A stretch of DNA of 64,000 nt, taken from Candidatus Poribacteria bacterium. Its GTDB lineage: Bacteria > Poribacteria > WGA-4E > PCPOR2b. The translations under genes were made by a program, and so were the position numbers. Of this stretch, positions 48,313 to 58,644 are shown piece by piece (positions within the stretch are counted from its first letter, which is position 1; each line of letters opens with the position of its first letter). The notes under the pieces were generated by a model. It was not told the DNA's origin. It did not search any database and saw only the letters and a list, made by a program, of their open reading frames with translations. The stretch covers positions 736,001-800,000 of the forward strand of contig OZ242351.1 of assembly GCA_965208675.1 (NCBI GenBank), in the 5' to 3' direction.

Positions 48313-49199
48313 GAGCCTGTTTGAAAAAGAAAAAAGATGTCTGAACGGTTGATGTTTACGTTTACTCACTGGAGCAGTTGATTCCGAACCAATGAAGGGA
48401 GTAAACATGAACCGAAAACGTTATCCTAGTGATTTGACCGATGTACAATGGCAGAAACTGTCAGCGTTTCTGCCAACCCCTCAACCATTAGGTAGACCTC
48501 TAAAATGGGAGATGTACTTAATTGTCCATGCCATCTTTTATGTCGTCAAGTCCGGTTGCCAGTGGCGAATGCTACCATACGATATGCCACCGTGGCAAAC
48601 CGTCTATTACCATTTTAGGAAGTGGGAAGCCGACAATACATGGCTCTTGATTCATCAGGCACTTCACGAACAATCACGCTGTGATGGTGGCAAAGAACCA
48701 TCACCGACAGCAGCTATCATTGACAGCCAATCCATTAAGACAACTGAACTGGCGACGACTCGCGGTTTTGATGGTCACAAGAAGGTCAAAGGACGCAAAC
48801 GACATCTAGTAACGGATACGACGGGTATTCCATTGATGGTCAAAGTCACTGACGCGAATGTCAGTGATAATCAGATTGCTATCGAGTTACTAACAGAAGT
48901 GTTTAGCTGGTACATAACCATTCAGTTGGTGTGTGCCGATGCCGCCTATCGTGGAGAATTGGAAGACTGGTTATATTTTGCTCATCAATGTCAACTGGAG
49001 ATTGCATCTACGCTAGGACAGCAGAAGTTTGAAGTTATCCCGTTACGATGGATTGTTGAGCGCACATTTTCTTGGCTTGGTTGGTTTCGTCGATTGACTT
49101 TGGATTATGAACGCTATCCTAGGACTGCTGAGACTATGGTGTACATCGCTTCCATTTACTTAATGCAAAATCGAATCAAATGACTTTTCAAACAGGCTC
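48313..49199 (+). mobile_element. Intact IS5-family (IS1031-like) insertion sequence, 887 bp
   Basis: 15-bp TIRs GAGCCTGTTTGAAAA / TTTTCAAACAGGCTC and a TAA target duplication (48310-12, 49200-02). Confidence 0.95.
48392..49183 (+). CDS. IS5-family transposase
   Basis: Motifs YPSDLTD.QW, GCQWRMLP, IIDSQS, GRKRH, ADAAY and RWIVERTFSW. Confidence 0.95.
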   Translation: MKGVNMNRKRYPSDLTDVQWQKLSAFLPTPQPLGRPLKWEMYLIVHAIFYVVKSGCQWRMLPYDMPPWQTVYYHFRKWEADNTWLLIHQALHEQSRCDGGKEPSPTAAIIDSQSIKTTELATTRGFDGHKKVKGRKRHLVTDTTGIPLMVKVTDANVSDNQIAIELLTEVFSWYITIQLVCADAAYRGELEDWLYFAHQCQLEIASTLGQQKFEVIPLRWIVERTFSWLGWFRRLTLDYERYPRTAETMVYIASIYLMQNRIK

Positions 49200-49585
49200 T
49201 AAGGACTGGTCGTCAGGTTACGCGTTAATTATAGACCTGGACGTGAAATGACCAAGAAATGCAATTACATGAGAGAAGCGTGCGCAAAAACTGGCCCATA
49301 CTATCATCTTGATTTGGAAATTTAGCAGGAATAAATTGCGGCTGTGGAAATGGAGACACGTATGGGGGCTTGAAAATAAAGTTACTAGATCCGCAGTCCT
49401 TTGTCACAATCTCGCTTTGCGGTAGGAAGAAATCGCTATCAACGATTTCTGGCATGAAGAATTAAAGGTTATGCACGAACGACGAGATCTGGGACGACAA
49501 GATTACCATCTACGCTAAGCGTCGCGGCGGTTGTTCAATACCGTTCAACGTGTCGATGCAAACTACGCTTTTTTCCGAGAAGTCT

Positions 49586-49792
49586 TGGCGGGTCACGGTT
49601 GTTTTGCGCCGAGGGCGGTGTTGTGAGCCACAACGTCGTCACACAGGGAAATTAGCTAACTTCCATCAGGTAGGGTGAAGCTATAGCACTTAATCTGATC
49701 GGCATGCGTTTTGATTTGTCAGTGTAGGTCGGACGCCCTTGCACCCGTAGGTTTTCATGTCGTGTTTTCTGTGACACCGCAAATTTCCGCCA
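49586..49792 (+). ncRNA. Candidate structured RNA of unknown family
   Basis: Several consecutive stems with G-U pairs on the + strand in a non-coding gap; see findings. Confidence 0.35.
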
Positions 49793-49827
49793 TTCGCTCT
49801 TTTGGACTTGAATTATCAAATCCGCAA

Positions 49828-50592
49828 TCATCGGTTTGTTTTGGCGTTTGCCCAGGTGGTAGCCAATGAATCGCGGAGAGATACAGAAAACACGCCCGGA
49901 TTGAATTCAAACAGGCCAGCTATCTCTTTTTCATCTAGCGGGCGGCTATAAATTCGCACCTCATCAAGAACGCCCACAAAACCGGCGAGTCCACAGCAGA
50001 ACCCCAAGCGAAGCGGCGATACGCTTGGATCGAGAGTGGCATTATTGGTTGGTACTCGACCTATGAGTTTGCCATTGGCGTAGTAGGCGCCGCTCTGATT
50101 TTTCGACTCAAAGGTTCCTGCGATATGATGCCAAGTGTCCATTTCCAACTCTTGTCCCGTACGCGTCCCTTGCCATCTGCCGCCCGAAAACAGGTCAAGC
50201 CGACCGCCGCCGCGCAGTAAGTCGAGATTGTACTGATCGGTGAAGATGACTCGATTTTCCCCAGCGTAATCCAATTCAGTAGGGAAAACCCATGCAGCAG
50301 CAGTGAAATCCTTTTGCACGGTTAAAACCGGGTTAGCTGGGATACGGGCTTTGGCGTTCTTATCGGGAAAACGCAATCCTCTCCCGAATTTTCCTCTATT
50401 CTCTCGAACGGATGTTTGAATTTTTCCGTCAATTTCGCTTCCGCCAGCGTCCCTGATTGACTCATCTCTTCCCTCAAATGGATAATACGCAATAAGACCT
50501 TCGTCCAATCCAGCAGGCATCACTGGTGCAGACCATACAAAAAGAGTCAAAAGCCAAATGGCAAATTCATATGACGATTGAGTTTTCACCAA
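49828..50592 (-). CDS. Secreted LamG/concanavalin-like domain protein with the C-terminal TTW motif
   Basis: Signal peptide, GLIAYYPFE, WHHIAGTF and GVLDEVRIYSRPL; ends SVSLRDSLATTWANAKTNR. Confidence 0.9.
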   Translation of the reverse strand: MVKTQSSYEFAIWLLTLFVWSAPVMPAGLDEGLIAYYPFEGRDESIRDAGGSEIDGKIQTSVRENRGKFGRGLRFPDKNAKARIPANPVLTVQKDFTAAAWVFPTELDYAGENRVIFTDQYNLDLLRGGGRLDLFSGGRWQGTRTGQELEMDTWHHIAGTFESKNQSGAYYANGKLIGRVPTNNATLDPSVSPLRLGFCCGLAGFVGVLDEVRIYSRPLDEKEIAGLFEFNPGVFSVSLRDSLATTWANAKTNR

Positions 50593-50882
50593 ATCTTCCT
50601 TTCCAATGCGTAATGAATGCTTAACGTGAATCTATAATGTGTATTGAGTTGGATTTTGAGGATGGTGTGGACAAATCGTGGATAGCATCACGTGTCGTGG
50701 AAAACTTTGGCTTCTTCATGTAAACCTGAGGACTAGAGTGTGGTAAGTGACTGACAGTAATGACTGAATTGTTTAACTAGGTCTAAAATTGCTTAAGGGA
50801 AGGACATAGGCGGAAGTTGGATAGAAACCTGGGTATTTGGGGACCCACTAACAACTTTATCAGGCGGAAAGGTTTTGAGTCA

Positions 50883-50928
50883 TTGCATTGAGACCAAGCG
50901 AAGCCGTATCCGCTTGGTCCCAACGCAA
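50883..50928 (-). terminator. Hairpin downstream of the LamG gene (terminator or stabiliser)
   Basis: Minus strand TTGCGTTGGGACCAAGCG...CGCTTGGTCTCAATGCAA, an 18-bp stem with G-U pairs. A second hairpin lies at about 50938-50969. Confidence 0.5.
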
Positions 50929-50997
50929 TCTTATGCTCAAACAGCACTCGTCCTTAACGAGTTTCTGTTTTGATGCGCTTGGTTGAGACGAAACCGC

Positions 50998-51768
50998 TCA
51001 CTCGCGGGCGCTCTTCAGACTACCCCACGTAACCACCAGGGAACCCTCTGGCGAAACCGAAGTGGGATTTTCAAGCAACGTCATAACGTCTTCGGCGCTA
51101 AAGGCGCGGCCGTAAAAACGTACATCGTCGAGACTCCCAACCATACATTGAATACCCATATGGCCAAATCGAATTGGAGACTGCTCGACAGCAACTCCTT
51201 CTGGTTGGGCTGTGCCATCCAAATTACCGTTGACGTAGTGTGAAATCATATTTTCATCGGCGTTATAGGTGCCTACGATGAGATGCCATTCGCCTAACGC
51301 CAGCGGTTCGTCTTTCCAAGGGGTGCCTACCCACGGGGGAGCGTCCGACGTATTTTTGACTTCAAAACGGCCCCTGCCGTGGAGAACGTCGAGATTAAAC
51401 TGGTTGCTGAAAATCAGCCTATTTTCAAACTGGGGCCATTCGCCGCCCATTCCAAGCTCATCCGGCCGAATCCAAGCTGCGATGGCAAAACTCCCTGTGA
51501 AAGTGAGGCTTTCAGAACCGGGTACTGAAGCACTGCCTGTGTTATCGGTGAAACGGATAGCCTTGCCAAATCTGCCATCATCTTCCCGTACTGCAGAACC
51601 GAGATTGCCAGCGTTATCTCCAACCGAGTCTTCGAGGACGTCTCCATCTCCTTCAAACTCATAATGCGAGATGAGTCCCTCGTGCAACGCTGCAAATACC
51701 AGAGAAACCGACGCTCCCAAGAACAGTACAAGTGCTGAAAATAAACTCAAAACCAACACACGTTGCAT
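50998..51768 (-). CDS. Secreted LamG domain protein with the C-terminal TW motif
   Basis: GGAGG RBS, signal peptide, WHLIVGTY and GSLDDVRFYGRA; ends SVSPEGSLVVTWGSLKSARE. Confidence 0.9.
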   Translation of the reverse strand: MQRVLVLSLFSALVLFLGASVSLVFAALHEGLISHYEFEGDGDVLEDSVGDNAGNLGSAVREDDGRFGKAIRFTDNTGSASVPGSESLTFTGSFAIAAWIRPDELGMGGEWPQFENRLIFSNQFNLDVLHGRGRFEVKNTSDAPPWVGTPWKDEPLALGEWHLIVGTYNADENMISHYVNGNLDGTAQPEGVAVEQSPIRFGHMGIQCMVGSLDDVRFYGRAFSAEDVMTLLENPTSVSPEGSLVVTWGSLKSARE

Positions 51769-51861
51769 ATATTTTCCTCCAATTGTTTAGTTGCTCAATT
51801 TCAAATTGAATATCGGGTCAAGAAAATCAGCGCACCAGCGAATCTGTTCCCCTGCCCGTTT

Positions 51862-52656
51862 TCACCATTTACCTTTCAGGTTTGCCCACGTCGTTGCGAG
51901 CCTACCCGAAGGCGCTACTGCCACAAAAAGCCTGCCGTCCATATCGCTTCTAATCTCGTCCTGCGTAAGCACGTGGTTGTAAAGTGCGACCTCATCCACA
52001 GCGCCGCCGAAGAACTCACCCGGTGCGTGGACTGAGTGGCTGCCGACCACAAAATGAGGCGATCCCTCGAACGTGGTGTTTCCTATAATTGAACTATCGT
52101 CGTATATCAATTCACCATTCAGATATGACTTTCGTGCCGTCCCATCAAACGTCATGGCGATGTGATACCAAGTATCGGGTTGGATTTCGTTTTCGGCTTT
52201 AAATTCGCTGAATGGCGGGAACTGCCGATTCGCCCCTTCAATACTCAGCCAACTCAGGAATTGTTTCTTTTCGATGCCGATTTGGTGCCCAACCCACGGG
52301 TTGCCCCAGACACTTGTGTCTCGGTAGGGTATACCGGCTGCAAACTGAATGGGCGACGGATTACGGACGGTCACCCACGCTTCCAGCGTTATGTCCTTCG
52401 GCAATCGCAAATTGGGATGATCGTCGAATGTAATCATACCGGATTCGCCATCGAAGTCTATAGCCGAACCGAGTTGACCCTCGACCCAAACCGCGCCGTC
52501 ATTCAGTGTCCCTATGTATCCGCTCCCACTCTTGTCTTGGGTGGTATTTCCGCCGCCTTCCTCAAAAGGAAGATAGAGGAGTAGCTCCGCTATGCCAGTC
52601 CCAACAAACCCTGCTAGGAGCAACACCAGTCCACAAACTACAATATTCGACTTCAT
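51862..52656 (-). CDS. Secreted LamG domain protein with the C-terminal TTW motif
   Basis: Starts MKSNIVVCG (signal peptide), then LYLPFEEG, WYHIAMTFDG and GAVDEVALYN; ends AVAPSGRLATTWANLKGKW. Confidence 0.9.
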   Translation of the reverse strand: MKSNIVVCGLVLLLAGFVGTGIAELLLYLPFEEGGGNTTQDKSGSGYIGTLNDGAVWVEGQLGSAIDFDGESGMITFDDHPNLRLPKDITLEAWVTVRNPSPIQFAAGIPYRDTSVWGNPWVGHQIGIEKKQFLSWLSIEGANRQFPPFSEFKAENEIQPDTWYHIAMTFDGTARKSYLNGELIYDDSSIIGNTTFEGSPHFVVGSHSVHAPGEFFGGAVDEVALYNHVLTQDEIRSDMDGRLFVAVAPSGRLATTWANLKGKW

Positions 52657-52933
52657 TGTATACGTCCCATTTTGAAATCTCGATTTGTGCAAATATCCTC
52701 GCTTTAATCGTTTTCCACGTCGTGGCTGCCTTGCTCGATGCCGAAACGATGAGCGGCACATTATCAGGAGAATCTTTGGAGATTTCGCCTTGTCCATCGT
52801 CGAAATTTAATGCAAGAACAACGTCGCGCGGATTTAGCTGTGCGCCCGCGACGCCAATGCCAAACACCGTAGCTGCAAGAGTTGCCGCAACTAAGGTTTT
52901 CATAAAGACCGCCTTTGTCAACAAATGGGTCAT
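52562..52933 (-). pseudogene. Internally deleted LamG gene (signal peptide plus first strand joined to the C-terminal motif)
   Basis: ...AQLNPRDVVLALNFDDGQGEISKDS|PDNVPLIVSASSKAATTWKTIK, after which the frame runs on into the next gene. Confidence 0.7.
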
Positions 52934-53040
52934 GGTTCAAACAAACCCATTATAAAGAACTATCAAAATAAAAACAAGTACAAATCGGCTATGTGAAGAC
53001 GACTAACCGCGCCTATACTATTGTCTTGCTGTGTATTCAG

Positions 53041-54027
53041 CTAATTGTCCGATCCTTCCACCCCTCCGCCGTATGATGTATCACCTGCTGTCCTATCTTC
53101 AACCAATCCACCCGCATCTACCCAGTCTTTGATGCTCTGAATGCTATCTGTTACGGAATAAATCGGCTCATAACCCATGCACGCTTTGGCTTTGGACATA
53201 TCGAAGGCGACTTCGCCCCCCTGCGCCATACTCCACGGGAACCCAACATCTACCTCTATGTTTGGCGAAAGACGTTTGATAATCTCAACAAATTCTGAAC
53301 CCCGCGTTGGGTTGGGACCGCAGCAGTTAAAGATTTGGCCCGCGGCGGCTGAATGCTCCGCAGCGGCGATATGCATGCGGGCCACATCCCGGTAATCCAC
53401 ATAGTGGCAAAGCTCTTCAGTGGAGAAGTGCGGGATTTCAACTCGCACCCCTTCTTCTAATTGCTCCGCGAATTTTCGCCAACCGCGGCCGCCCCCTCGC
53501 CCAAACGGACCGATGACAGCAGTCAACCGCAACACAGTCGCCGGAAGATTGAATTGATGGTAGTAGGTCAGCGCTAACTCTTCCTGCATTCGCTTTGTCG
53601 TCGAATACATGTCCTGCGGACGGCAAGGATGGTTCTCATCGACAGGCATGTAATCGGGAGGGTTAAACTTTGTTGCAGGATACCATTCATACGCGGATAT
53701 GCTACTAGCCAGTACGAAGCGATTTACTTCCATCATGCGTGCATTTTCAAGGAGGTTTTGCAAGCCGTTGACATTGACATCCACCATCTGAAGCGGATCA
53801 CCAGTGTCACCCGGCAGTGAAGCGAGATGCATGATACAATCGAACGATTTATCTTTCAACGCCAGGTTCAGTCCGTCAGCATTGGTCAAGTCTGCTTGGA
53901 TAAAGGAAATATTTTCGCTCGGCTGCGAGCGCCCGAGGGCAGTGACTGACTTCCCATTTGCCAACAACTGATGTACGACTTCACGGCCGACGTATCCGGT
54001 TACACCCGTTACCAGTACATTTTGCAT
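53041..54027 (-). CDS. NAD-dependent epimerase/dehydratase
   Basis: Motifs VLVTGVTGYVG, ASSISAY and YSTTK. The start MQNVL follows a GGAGG RBS. Confidence 0.92.
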   Translation of the reverse strand: MQNVLVTGVTGYVGREVVHQLLANGKSVTALGRSQPSENISFIQADLTNADGLNLALKDKSFDCIMHLASLPGDTGDPLQMVDVNVNGLQNLLENARMMEVNRFVLASSISAYEWYPATKFNPPDYMPVDENHPCRPQDMYSTTKRMQEELALTYYHQFNLPATVLRLTAVIGPFGRGGGRGWRKFAEQLEEGVRVEIPHFSTEELCHYVDYRDVARMHIAAAEHSAAAGQIFNCCGPNPTRGSEFVEIIKRLSPNIEVDVGFPWSMAQGGEVAFDMSKAKACMGYEPIYSVTDSIQSIKDWVDAGGLVEDRTAGDTSYGGGVEGSDN

Positions 54028-54032
54028 TTTCT

Positions 54033-55208
54033 TCAAGCCTCCTTTGGCGGCGGGATGTAATACGGAGGAATTACCTCTTCCGTTAACGGCAGATCGATCC
54101 ACCCACCGGTCTCCATACTCTTCCAAATTGCGCACATCACCTCGACAGCGCGGGCACCATCCTCGCCGCTTACTAGCGGCGGTTTATCGTTGATTATGCA
54201 GTCCAAGAAATGTTCGGTCATGCGCTCATAGTTATTCGGCCGCCGGGGAGGGCAGATGGGTACCCATCGTTTGCGGACATGTTCGTCAATAATGTCCTCA
54301 ACCCAGAAGAGCTCTGGCCAACGGTAATCCTTCAAAATCTGGGGCAACGTATCGACTGTAAAGTCCTTGTTTGTAAAAACTGCCATAGGCCAACTCTGAA
54401 AAGGGTTTGTGGCATCTGTAGCGGTAAATATTGTTCCCTCCGTGCCGCATAATTCCGTCGCTTGGTTCACTGCCGGTGAAAATCGATTGCAGCTTATCGT
54501 GCCAAACGCACCATTCTCGAACTCAACCATGACTAGAGCGGTGTCATCGCACAGGGTGTAACTTTCCGGCATCGCTAACCGTTTGGCTACGCCGACCGTC
54601 CTCTTGACTTTGCTGTCGTTCAGCCATGTCAATAGATCGATGGCGTGCGCCCCCGTATCGTTCAGTGCCGCGCCTCCCGCAACCTCGCAGTCCAGGCGAA
54701 ACCCAGTTTTAGCTACGTGGTTTTGGTAGTTGTGCCAATGTTCGTGCAGCGAAGCCCGGCTCATTAACAAATTGCCAATCGCTCCGCCTTCAATCAGTTC
54801 TTTTGCCCATTGATTGTGAGTCCAAAAACGCCGGTCGCAACCAACCATGAGTTTCACGCCAGCATCATTGCATGCGTCAACGATTTCCCACGCTTCCGTA
54901 TTGGTTACGGCGAGCGGTTTTTCCACCACGACATTCACGCCGGCGTTCGCAGCGGCAACAGCGATGTTTCGGTGAACATTGTTCGGGGCAGCAATCACAA
55001 CCGCGTCAAGGTTAACCTTGTCAAACATAATCCGGTAGTCCGTGAACCACGCTTCTGCACCCCATTTGGCAGCAGATGACTGCGCCTGTTCTGCGTCTAC
55101 ATCACAGACTGCAAGTAGTCTCGCTTCTTTCCGCTGGTCGATTGATGGAAAGTGGGCAATCTCTGCAATGCTTCCGCAGCCGATAATCCCCATTTTAATG
55201 TCAGCCAT
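54033..55208 (-). CDS. Gfo/Idh/MocA oxidoreductase
   Basis: Motifs GIIGCGSIA, VVEKPLA and GGAALNDTGAHAID. Confidence 0.93.
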   Translation of the reverse strand: MADIKMGIIGCGSIAEIAHFPSIDQRKEARLLAVCDVDAEQAQSSAAKWGAEAWFTDYRIMFDKVNLDAVVIAAPNNVHRNIAVAAANAGVNVVVEKPLAVTNTEAWEIVDACNDAGVKLMVGCDRRFWTHNQWAKELIEGGAIGNLLMSRASLHEHWHNYQNHVAKTGFRLDCEVAGGAALNDTGAHAIDLLTWLNDSKVKRTVGVAKRLAMPESYTLCDDTALVMVEFENGAFGTISCNRFSPAVNQATELCGTEGTIFTATDATNPFQSWPMAVFTNKDFTVDTLPQILKDYRWPELFWVEDIIDEHVRKRWVPICPPRRPNNYERMTEHFLDCIINDKPPLVSGEDGARAVEVMCAIWKSMETGGWIDLPLTEEVIPPYYIPPPKEA

Positions 55209-55253
55209 TTAACATTTCCTTACTCAAAAATTTTCCATTCCATACTCGTAGAA

Positions 55254-56165
55254 TTAATATCCCTCATCCGCTCGTGCTTGAACCCTCGAGCGGGTTGGCA
55301 TGCGGTCTATCCGAACGCCTCCGGTTTGCTCAATCACAGAGATTGCGGTAGCGCAGCCCCATTGCGCAGCCTTCAAAGGATCGGCATTTCGTAGAAATTC
55401 GGAAAGAAATCCCGCCATAAATGTATCGCCACCGCCGGTTGTATCCATCACTTTACCGCGCAGTGGTGGAACATGCCATTGTTTACCAGCGCTATGCACT
55501 AATGCACCCTTTGCGCCCATAGTAATTACGACGACGTTCGCTCCGGAATCGAACAACCGCATCGCCGCTTCAACCGGGTTATCCCAGCCGAAAATCGTCG
55601 CTGCGTCTTCATCCGAGGCTTTGACAATGTCAAAGTGTTCAGAAACCCCGCATGCCAAGTCTGAAAGCGAAGCGACCGCATCGCGATTGCCCTTGCTCAT
55701 ATGCACGCCGCCATATCCTCCAAGGTCCACCGCGCTGGTTTGTCCTAGCTTAACGACATCGGCGATATCTTCTGGAAGTACATCGTTATCCATCGGACAA
55801 AGATAGATTAGACGGCATCCGTGGTAGGGCTCAGGTATATCCGCTGCATTAATGGGAGACGCTTTGCTCGGATAGCGGATTTCCTTGTTGCCATTTTCGT
55901 CGTAAATTAACTCGGTTGTCGTCGTTCGATCGCGGGATTGCACCCCCACAGTATCGACGCCTGCGTCAATTATGAGTTGCAGCAAATCTTGCGGCATGTC
56001 GGAACCGATTTTGGTCGATATTCCTGTTGCCGTGCCCTGGCGGCTTGCTGCGACGGAGCAATAGGCTGGCGGACTCCCCAGAAACGGTCCTTTTACGCCG
56101 TCGGGGAAGTAAATCATCTCCGAAATCACATGACCGACGCAAACTAAATCAGGAGTTGAATCCAT
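55254..56165 (-). CDS. PfkB-family carbohydrate kinase
   Basis: Motifs VVITMGAKGA and DTTGGGDTFMAGF. Confidence 0.9.
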   Translation of the reverse strand: MDSTPDLVCVGHVISEMIYFPDGVKGPFLGSPPAYCSVAASRQGTATGISTKIGSDMPQDLLQLIIDAGVDTVGVQSRDRTTTTELIYDENGNKEIRYPSKASPINAADIPEPYHGCRLIYLCPMDNDVLPEDIADVVKLGQTSAVDLGGYGGVHMSKGNRDAVASLSDLACGVSEHFDIVKASDEDAATIFGWDNPVEAAMRLFDSGANVVVITMGAKGALVHSAGKQWHVPPLRGKVMDTTGGGDTFMAGFLSEFLRNADPLKAAQWGCATAISVIEQTGGVRIDRMPTRSRVQARADEGY

Positions 56166-56301
56166 TTATCACTGCGTTATTTGAATGCACTGCCGATTGA
56201 AAAAAGAAGTCTCACTGAAAAAAACTCGGTACCGTCAAAGGTTGCCGCCAAAGTCAGAGACGTAATTTTTGGCAAAGGTTTTAGTGCGTACTCAACGGTT
56301 T

Positions 56302-58608
56302 TCACGCCTTTGCTGCACGTGCCACGCGGTCAACTAATTCACCGGAGGCGCAGAATGATTCAAGGGTGTGCCCAAGTACTGCAACCGGGAAGCTACACAG
56401 CATAGTGTTATGGTAATATTCAAGACCCCAGCGGTGAAAGCCGCTTGGAGTCAACCCGCCAGGCATATCCCAAGCCATCTGCAAATCAATTACGAGTCGA
56501 TGCCAGACGCGGTGCATTAGTTCCATGCCTTGCGCACGATTCCCTTCATAGATGGCTACCATTGACGGTACATGTGTGGAATAGGACGGGTGAAGCCCGG
56601 TTGAATAGAAGCCTTCCGTATCCTCACCGCCGTCAGGCCGAATCGCGATTCTCACACCATGCGGCGTAATATTATGGCGCCATACTGTTTCGAGGACCGA
56701 CTTTACTCGGTTTTCCGGAAAAACGCCCTCTAACCCATGAAGGTGCGTAAACCACTGTCCAATCAATTGATCTGACAACACGGATTCGGAGCGTTTTCCG
56801 GTCTCCGGTTGGTGAAATAGCAAATAGGACTCGGATGATTGGTTCCAGAGTTTCCCCTCCATACAGCGGCTTCCCTTCGAGATCCACGCGCGGCAATCCT
56901 CGGCAAATGCGTTATCGCCCCGATATGCTGCCATTCGCTCAACAATGCGCAATGTAGCCAGCCAATAACCGGATACATGAACGGCTGCACCCGCCATGGT
57001 AGGCCAGTTGTCGTAATACTGATTGCTCCCTGCTACGTCAATTAAGCCGTCGTCGTCTTGATCCACTGTCTTCATAAAGTTTAACTGCGCCTTGACCGAA
57101 TCATAATACTCGTCAAGGAAATCGTCCTCGCCAGTAACCTGCCAATAGCGATCGACCATATGAATATAAATCATCCCGTCCATCGGCAGTTGCTGGTCAT
57201 ACCAAGGTTGATCCGGCTCAGTTCCTGAACCAAGCGTGGAAGGCACTTGCCCGTTACGGCGTTGGTAATGTTTAAATTGCCGCAGCTTATTGCGTGCCAG
57301 ATCGGGAAAGAATATATTCAAAGGCCATTCCCCGAACTCGTCGTTGGCGATACAAGACTGCTGAGGACAAGAGAGAAGACTCTCATTCACGCAGAAAAGT
57401 CCGTCCTCACCCCACCAGTGATGCGGATCGAGGTTTTTCAACCAGAAACTCTCCTGTGGCAGCACGGCAAACACGTTAATCAACGCATCTTTCAACCAGA
57501 TTGGCAGCCTTTCGTCCGCGTAAATTACTTCTTGCCAAGCCAATATGCGCGCCAATAAATCGTCGTGTTGCGACGCCAAATGTTCCGCAACGTCCGGCAC
57601 ACCTTGAAAGCGTGTGGCGTACATGTGTTGGTATTCGTTGAGGGTTACTTCTTCCTTTCTGCTCATTGCGCGCCAATAAGGGGCATACCAACTCAGCACA
57701 AAGTTTACAGTCCGGCATTGACCCGGTTGCAGCGCAAAGTCGATCGCGACGCTCGCGCCCGCATCAGTTGATTCGGGCGTAGGAAGGATACCACTGAGCG
57801 CGTCCCAGCCGCTACCCTCCAGTTCACCGCCAATACGTACGTCATTTTCCCCCGCCGCGCCAAGTGCGTAACTGTAAGGCATGTCTTCCCAGTTCGTGTT
57901 CACTGTAACACCTGTGAACACTCCTTCGACGTGTTTGCGGGCGTATTCGACTTGACGGACTACGGGCTGCCTCAGGCCGTGCGCGTTAAACGCCATCTCT
58001 TCTCGCCGGGGACCATGAAAACTGAAACCAAGGCTGCCCTGCTGTAAAACGCCGCTAGTATTATTCAGGCAAACTTGAAACACCGCTCCGGGGACGTTGC
58101 AACTCACTCCATCTCTTGGGAAAAACGGCGCCCATGCCCGCAGGTTGACGCCGATAGGCGCATCGATCTCATACTCCAAGTCCGCGACAGGATAATGTCC
58201 CCAATAATGGATTTGGCTAGCCGACTCAATCCCCTTTATCTGCTTCAATGAAAGAACATATGATTTGTTTCCTACCGATAAACCAAGGAACGGGAATTTT
58301 AAACTGGGGATATCGGATCTGTGGCGAGTAAAAATAACGAGTCCGTCGGTTCCGCCTCGGGCAGACGCAAGACGGTCACGCTCAAGGAATGCGTTAAAAA
58401 TCGTACTGTAGTAGTTGAGCGTTCCATCTGTACCGAGAACAATTGCCCCAGTCCCTAAGCCGCCAAGCGGAACGCCCGGATCAACCTTACCGTCGCGGAC
58501 GATTACACCGGTGACCGGCCGGGAGTACCCTTTTGCCTCGAATTCCACCCATTCCGGTCCGGGCAAATCTGTAGGAAATAGTGACATCTGTTTGACGCTG
58601 TTCGTCAT
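56302..58608 (-). CDS. GH116 family glycoside hydrolase (non-lysosomal glucosylceramidase-like)
   Basis: Motifs GVPLGGLGTG, YWGHYPVA, NQYYDNW (acid/base Asp) and SDQLIGQW. Confidence 0.85.
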   Translation of the reverse strand: MTNSVKQMSLFPTDLPGPEWVEFEAKGYSRPVTGVIVRDGKVDPGVPLGGLGTGAIVLGTDGTLNYYSTIFNAFLERDRLASARGGTDGLVIFTRHRSDIPSLKFPFLGLSVGNKSYVLSLKQIKGIESASQIHYWGHYPVADLEYEIDAPIGVNLRAWAPFFPRDGVSCNVPGAVFQVCLNNTSGVLQQGSLGFSFHGPRREEMAFNAHGLRQPVVRQVEYARKHVEGVFTGVTVNTNWEDMPYSYALGAAGENDVRIGGELEGSGWDALSGILPTPESTDAGASVAIDFALQPGQCRTVNFVLSWYAPYWRAMSRKEEVTLNEYQHMYATRFQGVPDVAEHLASQHDDLLARILAWQEVIYADERLPIWLKDALINVFAVLPQESFWLKNLDPHHWWGEDGLFCVNESLLSCPQQSCIANDEFGEWPLNIFFPDLARNKLRQFKHYQRRNGQVPSTLGSGTEPDQPWYDQQLPMDGMIYIHMVDRYWQVTGEDDFLDEYYDSVKAQLNFMKTVDQDDDGLIDVAGSNQYYDNWPTMAGAAVHVSGYWLATLRIVERMAAYRGDNAFAEDCRAWISKGSRCMEGKLWNQSSESYLLFHQPETGKRSESVLSDQLIGQWFTHLHGLEGVFPENRVKSVLETVWRHNITPHGVRIAIRPDGGEDTEGFYSTGLHPSYSTHVPSMVAIYEGNRAQGMELMHRVWHRLVIDLQMAWDMPGGLTPSGFHRWGLEYYHNTMLCSFPVAVLGHTLESFCASGELVDRVARAAKA

Positions 58609-58644
58609 GTTTTTATGTCCTTCTAAATCTATTGGCTTTGGTCG

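Noticed and set aside
49203-49520. Possible gene disrupted by the IS5 (short frames, including ORF 49225-49455)
   Set aside because: Joining the IS flanks gives no continuous frame or recognisable motif.
49640-49792. tRNA-Sec or c-di-GMP-I riboswitch (CACAGGG-AAA start, TTCCGCCA end)
   Set aside because: There is no TTCGA T-loop or UCA anticodon arm and the span is too long for a tRNA. The GAAA tetraloop and GACGCAAAG core of the riboswitch are absent.
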